A stretch of DNA of 64,000 nt, taken from assembly GCA_963829155.1 (NCBI GenBank), contig CAWHIA010000012.1, positions 70,831-134,830 on the forward strand, read 5' to 3'. The position numbers and the translations under genes were made by a program. How positions within the stretch are numbered: position 1 is the first letter of the stretch; the number at the start of each line of letters is the position of its first letter. This stretch comes from an uncultured Chloroflexia bacterium (lineage in GTDB: Bacteria; Chloroflexota; Limnocylindria; Limnocylindrales; CSP1-4). Under the pieces are notes generated by a model, which saw only the letters and a program-made list of their open reading frames with translations, was not told where the DNA came from and did not search any database. This document shows positions 9,903-19,222 of this stretch, piece after piece.

Positions 9903-10904
9903 GTGACCGCCGATCTCGATCCGCCGCGACGCCCAATCGTCCCGCACGACGGTCTCACGGCCGCCGCGATCCGCGCGGCCATCCCCCAGATCGCCACCGA
10001 GTTCGTCGCAACCCGACAGCTCGTGCATCCCGGGCTGTCCTCGATCGCCGGCCACCCGGTGGTCGTGAAGGTCGAGACCGAGAACCCGGTCGGGTCGTTC
10101 AAGGGCCGCGGGACGTGGCTCGCGGTCAGGCGCCTGGCGGCCGATGGCCTCGTCGGGCGGGATCGGCCGGTCGTCGTGGCGTCCAGCGGCAACTTCGGCC
10201 AGGGCGTGGCCTACGCGGCCCGGGCGGCGGGCGTGGGCGCGGTCGTGTTCTGCGACGCCGCGGTCAATCCCGTGAAGGCGGACCGCATCCGGGCGCTCGA
10301 CGCCGACCTGCGGCTGGTCGGCCGCGACTTCGACGAGGCCCGGGCGGCGTCCGAGGCGTTCGCGGCAGAAGGCGGCCTGACGCTGCTGGTCGACGGTGAC
10401 GACGTCTCGGTCGCCACGGGCGCCGCGACGATCGCGCTCGAGGTCACCGATGCGACCGACCGGGGAGAGTTGCCGCAGATCGCCAACGCGTACGTCCCCG
10501 TCGGCAACGGCGCGCTGATCGTCGGCATCGGGGCCTGGCTGCGGCAGCGGGGAGGGGAGGGGGTGCGCGTGGCGGGCGTCCAGTCCGAGGCGGCGCCCTC
10601 GATGGAGCGCTCGTGGCGCGAGGGTCGGATCGTCGAGACCTCAGACGCGGCCACCTACGCCGAGGGCATCGCGACGCGCGTGCCCGTGCCGATGGCGCTC
10701 ACGCTCATGGACGGCCGCGTCGACGAGATGCTGCTGGTGGGGGAGGCGGACCTGCACGCGGCCCAGGCCGTCCTGACGAGCGAGCTCGGGCTCACGGCGG
10801 AGGGCTCCGCGGCGGCGTCGTGGGCGGGCCTGCTGGCCGATCGGGATCGGCGGTCGGGTGCCTCGCTCGTCATCGTGACCGGCGCCAACGTCGCAGAGCG
10901 GTAG
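9903..10904 (+). CDS. PLP-dependent enzyme of the Thr/Ser dehydratase (PALP, fold type II) family
   Basis: Motifs include VKVETENPVGSFKGRGTW (PLP lysine), VVASSGNFGQGVAYAA and VPVGNGALIVGI. The ORF is intact at 333 aa. Confidence 0.8.
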   Translation: MTADLDPPRRPIVPHDGLTAAAIRAAIPQIATEFVATRQLVHPGLSSIAGHPVVVKVETENPVGSFKGRGTWLAVRRLAADGLVGRDRPVVVASSGNFGQGVAYAARAAGVGAVVFCDAAVNPVKADRIRALDADLRLVGRDFDEARAASEAFAAEGGLTLLVDGDDVSVATGAATIALEVTDATDRGELPQIANAYVPVGNGALIVGIGAWLRQRGGEGVRVAGVQSEAAPSMERSWREGRIVETSDAATYAEGIATRVPVPMALTLMDGRVDEMLLVGEADLHAAQAVLTSELGLTAEGSAAASWAGLLADRDRRSGASLVIVTGANVAER

Positions 10905-10956
10905 ACGCGGGGAGCCAGCTCGCCGGACGCCAGCTCGCCGCGATGTCCTGGACAAG

Positions 10957-10992
10957 CAGAGGCGCCGTCCCGACCTGGTGACGGCGCCTCTG
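10957..10992. terminator. bidirectional stem-loop between convergent genes
   Basis: A perfect 13-bp inverted repeat, CAGAGGCGCCGTC-N10-GACGGCGCCTCTG, lies between the 3' ends of 9903..10904 (+) and 11042..11449 (-). It has no clear U-tract, which is common in high-GC genomes. Confidence 0.6.
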
Positions 10993-11041
10993 GATGTTCG
11001 GCTGGCGCGCGATCTCACGCGATCGGTGGCGCCCTCGCGCG

Positions 11042-11449
11042 TTATTTCGAGACGCGAACGCCGTGCGGACCATGCCCCAGGCCGGGCATCTGGCTGGCGG
11101 GTTCCTGGTTCGACGGGTAGGGGATACCGGTGTAGCGGATGCCGCCACCGTTCGTGCCGTTGACGACGAGGCCACGGCGCACCGCCTGGTAGGGGACGCC
11201 GGTGAAGCGGATCCGGCTGTTGCCGGGGGCGGCGTAGGGGATGCCGGTGTAGCGGATCGCGCCACCGTTGGTGCCCTTGACGATGAGCTCGCGGGCTTGG
11301 CCGGTCACCGTGGTGGTCGGGCCGCCGGCCGGCCGGACGACGGCGACCGTGACGAGGAGCGCCACGGCCAGGGTCAGGGCGCCCAGTGCGACGCCGACGC
11401 GGCGCAGGTCGGGCGCGCCACTTGCGGTGCGGGGTGCAGCTGCGGTCAT
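11042..11449 (-). CDS. small membrane-anchored or secreted repeat protein carrying 3 x [IR]R[YF]TG[IV]PY
   Basis: The ATG at 11449 is preceded by AAGGAGGA with a 5-nt spacer. The N-terminal anchor is RRVGVALGALTLAVALLVTVAVV. It is followed by GTNGGAIRYTGIPYAAPGNSRIRFTGVPYQAVRRGLVVNGTNGGGIRYTGIPY. The underlying DNA repeats (about 11128-11170 and 11244-11286) are roughly 85% identical. Confidence 0.7.
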   Translation of the reverse strand: MTAAAPRTASGAPDLRRVGVALGALTLAVALLVTVAVVRPAGGPTTTVTGQARELIVKGTNGGAIRYTGIPYAAPGNSRIRFTGVPYQAVRRGLVVNGTNGGGIRYTGIPYPSNQEPASQMPGLGHGPHGVRVSK

Positions 11450-11724
11450 CTCTGGTCCTCCTTGACGGCGCTCCGGCACCCGCCCATCGGGGCCATCTCG
11501 AGCGTCGTCTGAGGCCGTCATCGTCGTGTTGCGCGCGCTTCGATCCATCGGGCAGCTGGCTGACGCGTAGGTGATCGGGTACCTGAAAGCGGTGGCGGGC
11601 ACGGGGACCGTTGATCCTGCCAGCGCCGAACCCTTCGCCGCCCGGCCACCTGCGATACCTTCGAAGCGGCCGCACCGTCGACGGCGCCCGGCCTGGTCGT
11701 GGGCAGTGGAGGATCCGACCGCTC

Positions 11725-12345
11725 GTGGATGCGACGCGCTTTGACACCGGGCTGACGTACGAGGCCTTCAAGGGCTCGATGACCCAGAACCGCGAACGGC
11801 TGGAGGCGGCGGAGGCGGCCGTCGCGATCGATCCCCGCGACCTCGAGTTCTTCCGGTCGCTGCTGCCGCTCTCGTGTGTGGCGCTCGTCGAGGACTGGTG
11901 CGGGGACGTCGTCGCCAACCTGCCGGTCGTCGCGGTCCTTGCGCGCGAGGTCGGTCCGGGCCTGGGGCTCCGGTGTTTCATCAAGGCCGACGTGCCCGAT
12001 CTCGCGACGCGTTACCTCAACCACGGCCGGTTCGAGTCCCTGCCGGTGTTCGCCTTCTTCGACGGCGACTGGAACGAGGTCGGCGTGTTCATCGAGCGGC
12101 CCGTGGCGGTCACCGAGCGCCGCGAGGAGGATCGTCGGGCCGTCTACGCGGGCGACCCCGCGTTCGGCCCGCCCGATGCGCCGGCGAGCGAGCTGCCCGA
12201 CGACGTCCGCACCCGCCTGATGACCGAGATCCAGGCCAGGCGGACCGCGAGCACGCCGTGGGCGAACCGCCAGGTCGTGGTGGCCATCCGCGACGCCATC
12301 GCCCGCGCGCCCCAGGTCGGCGAGCGCGTGCCGCACACGCGATGA
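11725..12345 (+). CDS. thioredoxin-like family protein
   Basis: The sequence reads VDATRFDTGLTYEAFKGSM..NRERLEAAEAAVAIDPRDLEFF..LSCVALVEDWCGDVVANLPVVAVLA...YLNHGRFESLPVFAFFD. The ORF is open from 11611. I prefer the GTG at 11725, which has GGAGGA about 13 nt upstream. Confidence 0.75.
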   Translation: MDATRFDTGLTYEAFKGSMTQNRERLEAAEAAVAIDPRDLEFFRSLLPLSCVALVEDWCGDVVANLPVVAVLAREVGPGLGLRCFIKADVPDLATRYLNHGRFESLPVFAFFDGDWNEVGVFIERPVAVTERREEDRRAVYAGDPAFGPPDAPASELPDDVRTRLMTEIQARRTASTPWANRQVVVAIRDAIARAPQVGERVPHTR

Positions 12346-12599
12346 GCGCCCGGGTCCGGATCGTCTATTGCGCCGAGTGTGGCTACGAGCCACAGACGCT
12401 CGCGCTCGCCGACGCGCTGATGCGGCGGTTCGGCCACGACCTGGCGTCGATCGAGCTCGTGCCCTGGCTGGACGGCACGTTTGAGGTCTCCGTGGACGGC
12501 CGGCTCGTGCACTCGATGGCCCGCGACGGCGGGTTCCCGGAGCACGCGACCATCGTCGACGCCGTCTCGGCCAGCCTCGCGGCGCAACCCACGGCCTAA
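12342..12599 (+). CDS. Rdx (SelW/SelT/SelH-like) family redox protein
   Basis: The sequence is MSARVRIVYCAECGYEPQTLALADALMRRFGHDLASIELVPWLDGTFEVSVDGRLVHS, with a CxxC motif (CAEC). The ATG overlaps the upstream stop (ATGA). Confidence 0.75.
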   Translation: MSARVRIVYCAECGYEPQTLALADALMRRFGHDLASIELVPWLDGTFEVSVDGRLVHSMARDGGFPEHATIVDAVSASLAAQPTA

Positions 12600-12900
12600 C
12601 GGCACGCCTCAGACCATCTCGGTGGGTGTCCTGGCACTTCCGATAAGGTGAGTTATGTCCGGCGTTACTGGCAATGCCTACTCGGCCCGGTGTGAAGTGT
12701 CGTAGACGCCCGGACAGATCCTCAGATTCGCCGGACAAAGATCTGGGACGGCCGTTCGCAATCTTCTGGGACGTCACAGCCCGGAACCGAGAGCGCCCAT
12801 TGACCAAGATGGGCCTGGGCACAGCAATGCGGTGACACAACCCCTCTTTTGAGACGAAGCGACACCGCGCCCCAGACCGTACGCTCCCAGATCGTCTCGG

Positions 12901-14223
12901 TCAACGGTCGTTCAAGTCATCTTCCGGGTCACGCGCCCGACCTGGCGGAGCGGGAGCTTGGGATGCGGGCCGAACGCGATCCCCGATCGCGTGCAGTTGC
13001 GTCAAGACGTCGGGATCAAATCGAGCCTTGCGCCAGTTCTTGGCTCCCGTCGCAATGCTGGTAATCGCGCTTACATCAAGCACTGCGCCAGTCAGGTATG
13101 CGTTGTTCAGGTCAGCGCCCTCGAAGTGAGCACCCGTCAGGTCCGCTCCATTGAAGTGGGCCTCTTGCAGGTGTGCCTGGTAGAACTGCGCCCCTGTCAA
13201 CACGGCCCCTTCAAGGCGAGCCGAGACGCAATTCGCGCCGTGAAACTGCGCATTCGGTGCTATCGCGCTGTTCAGCCTCGCCTCGCGCAAGTCCGTGCGA
13301 CTGAGCCGCGCATCGGACAAGTCGACCTTGAAGCCGCGAACACGGAACAGCGTGGCTTCCGTGAGGTTTGCGTGGTGGAGCGACGCAAATGCCAAGTCCG
13401 CCTCGCTGAGGTCCAGGGCCGAGAGGTCGATACCATCCAGATGCACCCGCGAAAGGTCGAGCGGTTCCGCCGCGGCTCCAACGACCGGCTTAGCTAGCTT
13501 GACCCTGACTGACTTCTCAATAGCATCAACGAACAATCGGCCGACGGCATCCGAGTACTGGATCCCCGATTTCGCGGTTGCAATCGCCAACAACAGGACG
13601 CGGTCGTGAAACTGCTCATATTCGGGAGTCAGCAGAAACGTGAGCGATACGAGGGCGCTTGCCTGCAGCGCGGCACTGTCCGACCCTAGTTGCTCGACAA
13701 CCTTACTTAGGCTCTCCGAGAAGCGGCGGATGTCTTCCCGCTTTGCCTCGCGCGCTTCTTGCCGCCGTTGCTCCGCCCGCTCGTTCAGCTGATGCCAGGC
13801 GGTGGCGATCAGGCCAAGCCCCGCCACGATGAGTGGCACGAAGGGAAGGAGTCCGGTCCATTGGTTTCCGGTCGATGCATTCTGGAGTTGTAGCGCGCGG
13901 ATCTCCTGGCGAAGCTTCTCCGCTTCGAGCGCGCCCTGATCCAGTTGGGAAAGATTGGGGCCTTGGATTGGGAGCGGAGCAGTGAGCGTGATCAACACGA
14001 GGACAGCAACTACCGAAGCCCCGATGACCGCTCCGGCTCTCAGCCATGGGCGCCAGGCGATCAGCAGCCGCTTCGTGGACGGAATGACGTCCTTGACGCT
14101 CACGACGTCGGCCCCCGCTGCTCGGCTGACGATACGAGATCGCATCGCAGCTCTTCTACCCGTAGGCATCCCGAACGACCGAGATTGACGCGGTATCGAC
14201 CCGAGCTTACGATCGCGCCTCAA
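12901..14223 (-). CDS. membrane protein (2 TM plus coiled coil) with a C-terminal pentapeptide-repeat domain
   Basis: The repeat region reads DLSRVHLDGIDLSALDLSEADLAFASLHHANLTEATLFRVRGFKVDLSDARLSRTDLREARL...GAVLTGAQFYQAHLQEAHFNGADLTGAHFEGADLNNAYLTGAVL. The TM helices are GAVIGASVVAVLVLITL and LLPFVPLIVAGLGLIATAW. Codon usage is AT-richer than in the neighbours. Confidence 0.85.
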   Translation of the reverse strand: MRRDRKLGSIPRQSRSFGMPTGRRAAMRSRIVSRAAGADVVSVKDVIPSTKRLLIAWRPWLRAGAVIGASVVAVLVLITLTAPLPIQGPNLSQLDQGALEAEKLRQEIRALQLQNASTGNQWTGLLPFVPLIVAGLGLIATAWHQLNERAEQRRQEAREAKREDIRRFSESLSKVVEQLGSDSAALQASALVSLTFLLTPEYEQFHDRVLLLAIATAKSGIQYSDAVGRLFVDAIEKSVRVKLAKPVVGAAAEPLDLSRVHLDGIDLSALDLSEADLAFASLHHANLTEATLFRVRGFKVDLSDARLSRTDLREARLNSAIAPNAQFHGANCVSARLEGAVLTGAQFYQAHLQEAHFNGADLTGAHFEGADLNNAYLTGAVLDVSAITSIATGAKNWRKARFDPDVLTQLHAIGDRVRPASQAPAPPGRARDPEDDLNDR

Positions 14224-14864
14224 CCGAGTGTGACGCTTCGTTCATCTCCGGATGGGGGTTGTGTCGCCAGTGGTTGTTAGGCCCCGCGGGTGACTCATTC
14301 GGGTAACCGGACGAGGCGCTCACGCGGGGCCGCCTGCTGTGCGGCGACTGCGCTCGGCCGAGCTCGAGAGATGCAGTCGCCCCCAAAACGGTGGCACACG
14401 ACCCGGCAAGCCACGCCGCGGCACTCCACTTCGGGGGCTGACGGGAACTTTAGAACCCCGAAACTCGATGTCAAGACTCTGGCGGCGGACCAGACCACGG
14501 CTGAAGAGGCCCCCGGCAGCGCGACCTATCGCATGTCTCGCGGGCGGAGGCGCGTTCCCACTGGCTGAGTTGTCCGAACAGCGCTGCGCCTTGGGTGCAC
14601 GTCCGCAGCAATGAGTCCAATATCCGCACGACCGGTCGGGTCGCCGATCCCCTTGGCTGGCAAGGTGATCTCGAATGGCTGAGAGCCACGAGGTCTTCTC
14701 GCCCGATCACCCGCACGTGCTCCGTCGCCGCGACCCAGTCTTGACGTCATCCGAGGTCCGGGCCCCGATCTGACTCAGAACGAGGCTGTCAAGGACCGGG
14801 ATCAGCCGCGGTCGCTTGATGTGCAGAACCTTGGTGACGACTGCGATCCCGCTACCCTCGAACC

Positions 14865-15426
14865 GTGACCAGGTACGTGGTGCTCCTGCGCGGGATCAAT
14901 GTCGGCGGCAAGAACCCGGTGCCGATGGCGCGCCTGCGCGAGGTGCTCGGCGAGCTGGGCTACGAGGATGTCGTCACGTACATCGCGAGCGGCAACGTCA
15001 TCCTGAGCTCCGAGCACAAGCCCGATCGGATCAAGCGGGAGATCGAGGCAGCCCTGCCGAAGGCGTTCAAGCTCCACACGGAGCTCATCGCCGTCCTGGT
15101 CCTGACGCGCGGCCCAGCTCCGGGCCGTCGTCGCTGACCGGCCGAAGGGCTTCGGCGATCAGCCGAGCAAGTACCACAGCGACGCGATCTTCCTGATGGA
15201 CATCGACGCGACCGCCGCGATGGAGGCGTTCGACCCACGCGAGGGCGTCGACGCCGTCTGGCCGGGCAAGGGCGTCATCTACTCGCAGCGGCTGAGCGCC
15301 CAGCGCACGAAGAGCCGCCTGAGCAAGATCGCGGTCAGCCCGCACTACAAGTCGATGACGATCCGCAGCTGGGCGACGACGACGAAGCTCGCGGAGCTGG
15401 TGGAGGCGCCCGAGGCCGGGGCCTGA
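14865..15426 (+). pseudogene. DUF1697 family protein, interrupted by a +1 frameshift near 15110
   Basis: The N-terminal part reads MTRYVVLLRGINVGGKNPVPMARLREVLGELGYEDVVTYIASGNVIL. The C-terminal part (ORF 15196..15426 and upstream of it in that frame) reads AQLRAVVADRPKGFGDQPSKYHSDAIFLMDI...YKSMTIRSWATTTKL. Confidence 0.8.
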
Positions 15427-15463
15427 TCGTTCACCGGGCGCGTTCCGTCAGGCCGCCAGCCCG

Positions 15464-15922
15464 TCAGCGCTTCTTCCCGCCGGCGAACGGGATCTTGGCA
15501 GCCTGCTCCATCCAGGACGCGAGCTGGCGCTCATCGATGTCGTCGACGGATTCGAGCTCGACACCGCGTGTGGCCTTGCCCATGCCGATCGGCGTCACCG
15601 GCGGTTCCGGCTCGAGCTCGGTGCCACGGATGAACATGACCTTCACGTGGCCGACGAAGGCACCGGACGCGAAGCACCAGCCGCCGTCCACGCCGTAGTA
15701 GGCCATCCCCCACTTCACCGCGCGCCGGAGGTCGGGCAACGTCCTGGCTGCCAGGGCATCGATCTGCTCGGCGATGCCGCGCTGCGGCTGCGGCAGGCTG
15801 GCGATGTAGGCGAACACGGGCGCGTCGCCGTCGGCCGTCTTCGCGGCGCTCGCCTTGCCCGTCATGGCGGTGCGCAGCTCGAGGGTCGTTCCTTGACGCT
15901 CTTGCGCTTCGGGGTCCGTCAT
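15464..15922 (-). CDS. DUF1801 (YdhG-like) domain protein
   Basis: The sequence reads VFAYIASLPQPQRGIAEQIDALAARTLPDLRRAVKWGMAYYGVDGGWCFASGAFVGHVKVMF. The ORF is intact at 152 aa. Confidence 0.75.
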   Translation of the reverse strand: MTDPEAQERQGTTLELRTAMTGKASAAKTADGDAPVFAYIASLPQPQRGIAEQIDALAARTLPDLRRAVKWGMAYYGVDGGWCFASGAFVGHVKVMFIRGTELEPEPPVTPIGMGKATRGVELESVDDIDERQLASWMEQAAKIPFAGGKKR

Positions 15923-15971
15923 GGGAGCTCCCTCCCCTACCCGCTCGCGCCCGCGCTGAAACAGGCCGGCG

Positions 15972-18046
15972 TCAGGTCGCCTTCCTGGTCCCCGTCCCCA
16001 CGATGGTGACGCCGTTGACCGCCGGGTAGTTCGAGTAGTAGCGCTTCCGCCAGTGGAGCTTGCCGTGGTCGTAGATCGACACGGTGACCCACACCCTGGC
16101 GCCGTCCGCCGGCGGGTTGTTGTAGTAGCTGTAGCCCACCGGCTTGTTCGGATCGTGCACGATCGTGTTGTGCGCCGCCGGGCCGTGGATGATGACCCGG
16201 TTGCTGATCTTGTAGGACCGGTGGTTCGGCACGCTCCAGATCTTGAACGTGAGCCATCGCTTGCTGCCCGCGTTCGTGACGGTCCGGGTGATCAGGATCG
16301 GGTAGTCGGTGTCGTTCTTGAAGCTCATGGTCTGCTTGGTATTGCCGACGATCCACACGGTGGCATCGAGGCCCGGCGGATACCGATCGATGAACTCGTT
16401 GTGGTTCTGTCGGGCGACCCGGCACCATGCCTGCCCGGAACGCCGCGTTGAACAGCGTCGTGGACGTGGTGCAGATGCCGCCGCCGAACGCGCCGGTGAC
16501 GGTGATCTTCCCGCCCTCGATGGCGTTGCCCGGCCCGGTGCCGGGTGCATCGTGCAGGTCGCCGACGACCTTCCAGAAGTCGAACTTGGTGCCTGCCGGC
16601 ACGACCGTGCCGTTGATCACCGTGGCCGGCCCCTCGATGTTTCCGCCAAAGTGGTTGTTGACGATGACCCAGTAGTAGACGCTGTACGAGCTGATGACCT
16701 TCATGTTCGGGGCGAACTTCTTGGCGTCCGCCGTGGTCAGCTTCGGGTCGATGGCCTTGACGACGGCCTCGACGGGCTGGGCCGCTGCGCCGGCCTGACG
16801 GGCGCCGATCGCGCTGAGGATCGCGGCCTTGGTCTCGGGGATCTTGAGCGTGCGGCCCTCGCGGCTGGTGCCGGTGGCGACGACGTGCCCGCCGACCATC
16901 TTGAGGCTCGCGTCCCGAACGGTCTGCTTGACCTTCGGGGCGAGCGCCCTGAGCATCGGGTCGAGGCCCGCCTGGTCAAGGACCGGGGTGATGCTCCCGT
17001 CGGCCGCGGTCGAGAACGAGATCAGCGGCGCGAGACTGGCGCCGGTGATCGTCCAGTGGTCGTTGCCCCGGCTGACGACCACGTCGGCCGCCATTCGTTC
17101 CGCGGCCGCCTTCGCCGCCTCGGCGGTGGCGGTGGCGATCGTGGGCGTCAAGGACTCGACCGGCACGGCCATCGCGATCGTCGCCGGCGTGCCGAGCGCC
17201 GCGAGCTGCTGGTCGAGCGCGGTCAGCAGGGCCGCCTTGTCGACGGCGCGACCTTCCTTCGCGGGGGTGAAGCTGAACGCCCCGTCCTCTCCGGCCGACA
17301 CGTAGGCGTCCACGGGGATCTGGTCGATCGTCGTGGCGAGGGCGTCGACGGCGGCGGTGAGCTTGTCACGGTCGTACGCGACGGCGGGGTCGAGGGTCAG
17401 GCCGTGGATCGCGGCCTGGGGTCCGGTGATGAGGTCCGCAAGGGGCTCGCCCTGGCGGCCGGCCGCGAAGGCTGCGTCGACCAGCGCCGAGGCGTTGGGG
17501 CCGCGGCCGACATCGGCGTAGCTGAGGGTCGTCTTCTGCCCGTCCGGGCCGGTGAGCGTGATCTGCCCGTTGCCGAGCGAACCATAGGCGCTCGCGAGCT
17601 CCGCCTGCGCCTGCTCGCGGGTGAGCCCGCCGAGCTCCGTGCTGCCGACGCGGATGCCGGGCAGGACCCGCCCCTCGTACTGCTGGCTCCATGCGTACAG
17701 GGCGCCGGCGCCGATGCCGACGGCGAGCAGGACGCCCAGGACGAACGCGATGCCGAAGCGAAGGGCGAGCGACCGTCGGCGCCGCGGCCGTGCCGGGGGC
17801 TTGCCGTCGGTCACGGCTGCCGCGAGCGGCAGGGACCGGCGCGGCATCGACGCCGGGCTCGGAGGTCGGCGCCGTGTCCGCCGGGGCCAGGTCGCTCGGC
17901 TCGCCCGGCGCAGGCGCATTGCGGGTCGCCGCATCAGTCCGGGCGACGAGCGCCGCGAGCTCAGGATCGCCGGCGGGCGTGTCGCCGTCGGGCGTGGGGA
18001 CGTTGGCAGCCCCGTCGGCTGCGGAGTTGGGCAGGTCGGTCATCAA
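15972..18046 (-). pseudogene. VanW family protein (N-terminal Pro/Ala-rich region, TM, G5/PG-binding-like region, VanW domain), with two +1 frameshifts near 17822 and 16428
   Basis: There are three pieces. The first is MMTDLPNSAADG...PVPAA (ORF ending 18046). The second is AAVTDGKPPARPRRRRSLALRFGIAFVLG...GGGICTTSTTLFNAAFRAGMVP (ORF ending 17934). The third is VARQNHNEFIDRYPPGLDATVWIVG... (ORF 15972..16550). Confidence 0.8.
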
Positions 18047-18536
18047 ATGCTCATGCGCGGTCGGCCGGAGCCAGGCCTCGTCCCTGGCAGCGGCGCCATC
18101 TTACGTGGGCACGCAAATCTGTCACGCGACATTCGCCTCGTTGTACGTCAAGGACGGGGTCGCTGGATGCTGCGAGCGCCGTCGTCGCCAACGGTCGTAC
18201 GGGACGCTCGATCGGCTGCGCTCGTGACGAGAGGCACGCCGGTGGGCGCAATGTACGCGACGAGTCGGGACGTGATCGAGCTCCGGAGCGCAATGACCCA
18301 CCCGCTTGCCTCGGGACGGCTCTTGGAGATTGGCCGACGCCATCCAGACACACTGGACCTCGATCCGGGACCGAAACCGGTCGTTGAGCGGCGGGCGGAT
18401 CTGGCAGACGATGTCGCCGGAGGCCGGTCGAAGAGCTGCTCAGCCACCACGATGCAACGGCCGGGCGCGTCAGCAGTCAGCCGGTAACGGAGGTCGTCAT
18501 GACGCACATCACCAGGACCCCGGCGTTCGGTCCTCG

Positions 18537-19160
18537 ATGAACGCCCCCGCCTCGATCACCATCACGCCAGTCCAGGTTGCCGACCTGCTCGCCGAGGGCG
18601 AGCGGATGCCGGTCTACGTGCACGTCATCGACCATCCCGATGCGCGCGTGCTGGTCGACACCGGCATGACGCAGCTGCACCCGGCCGTGGCCGACATGGA
18701 TCCGCGCCTCAGCCCGTTGAGCGAGCAGGACTTCGACCTCGCCGGCATCGACATCGTCGTCAACACGCACCTGCACTTCGACCACTGCGGCGGCAACCAC
18801 CTCTTCGCCGGCAAGCCGATCTACGTCCAGCGCGCGGAGCTCGACGACGCGCGCAGCCAGGACGACTACACCATTCGAGACTGGGTCGACGCGCCCGGCG
18901 TGCGGTACGTGCCGGTCGACGGCGAGCTCGAGCTGCTGCCCGGGGTCCGACTCGTCCCGGCGCCGGGCCACACGCGCGGCTCGCAGGTGATCGTCGTCGA
19001 GACGGGCGCGCGTCCGGTCGTCGTCGTCGGCGATACGGCGGTGTGGTCCGGCGAGCTCGACGAGCCGAGCACCGAAGGCCAGCGGCTGGTGCGCGCGCTC
19101 GATCCCGAGTTGGCCTGGCTGTCGCACCAGCACGAGCCGTGGCGACCGCCCAGCGCCTGA
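18537..19160 (+). CDS. MBL-fold metallo-hydrolase (lactonase-like)
   Basis: Motifs include HVIDHPDARVLVDTGM, NTHLHFDHCGGN (HxHxDH) and PAPGHTRGS. The start is the ATG at 18537. Confidence 0.8.
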   Translation: MNAPASITITPVQVADLLAEGERMPVYVHVIDHPDARVLVDTGMTQLHPAVADMDPRLSPLSEQDFDLAGIDIVVNTHLHFDHCGGNHLFAGKPIYVQRAELDDARSQDDYTIRDWVDAPGVRYVPVDGELELLPGVRLVPAPGHTRGSQVIVVETGARPVVVVGDTAVWSGELDEPSTEGQRLVRALDPELAWLSHQHEPWRPPSA

Positions 19161-19222
19161 GGCAACCGGGTCCGTCGCCGTATCTCGGCGACCGACGCGT
19201 GCGATCATCGCGGCGCCCGACG

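Noticed and set aside
14434-14720. A tmRNA-like 5' start (GGGGCTGACGGGAAC…) in the non-coding stretch right of the pentapeptide gene.
   Set aside because: There is no tRNA-like 3' end (T-arm GGTTCGAnTCC…CCA), no tag-peptide reading frame ending in a stop, and no pseudoknot-like conservation recognisable.
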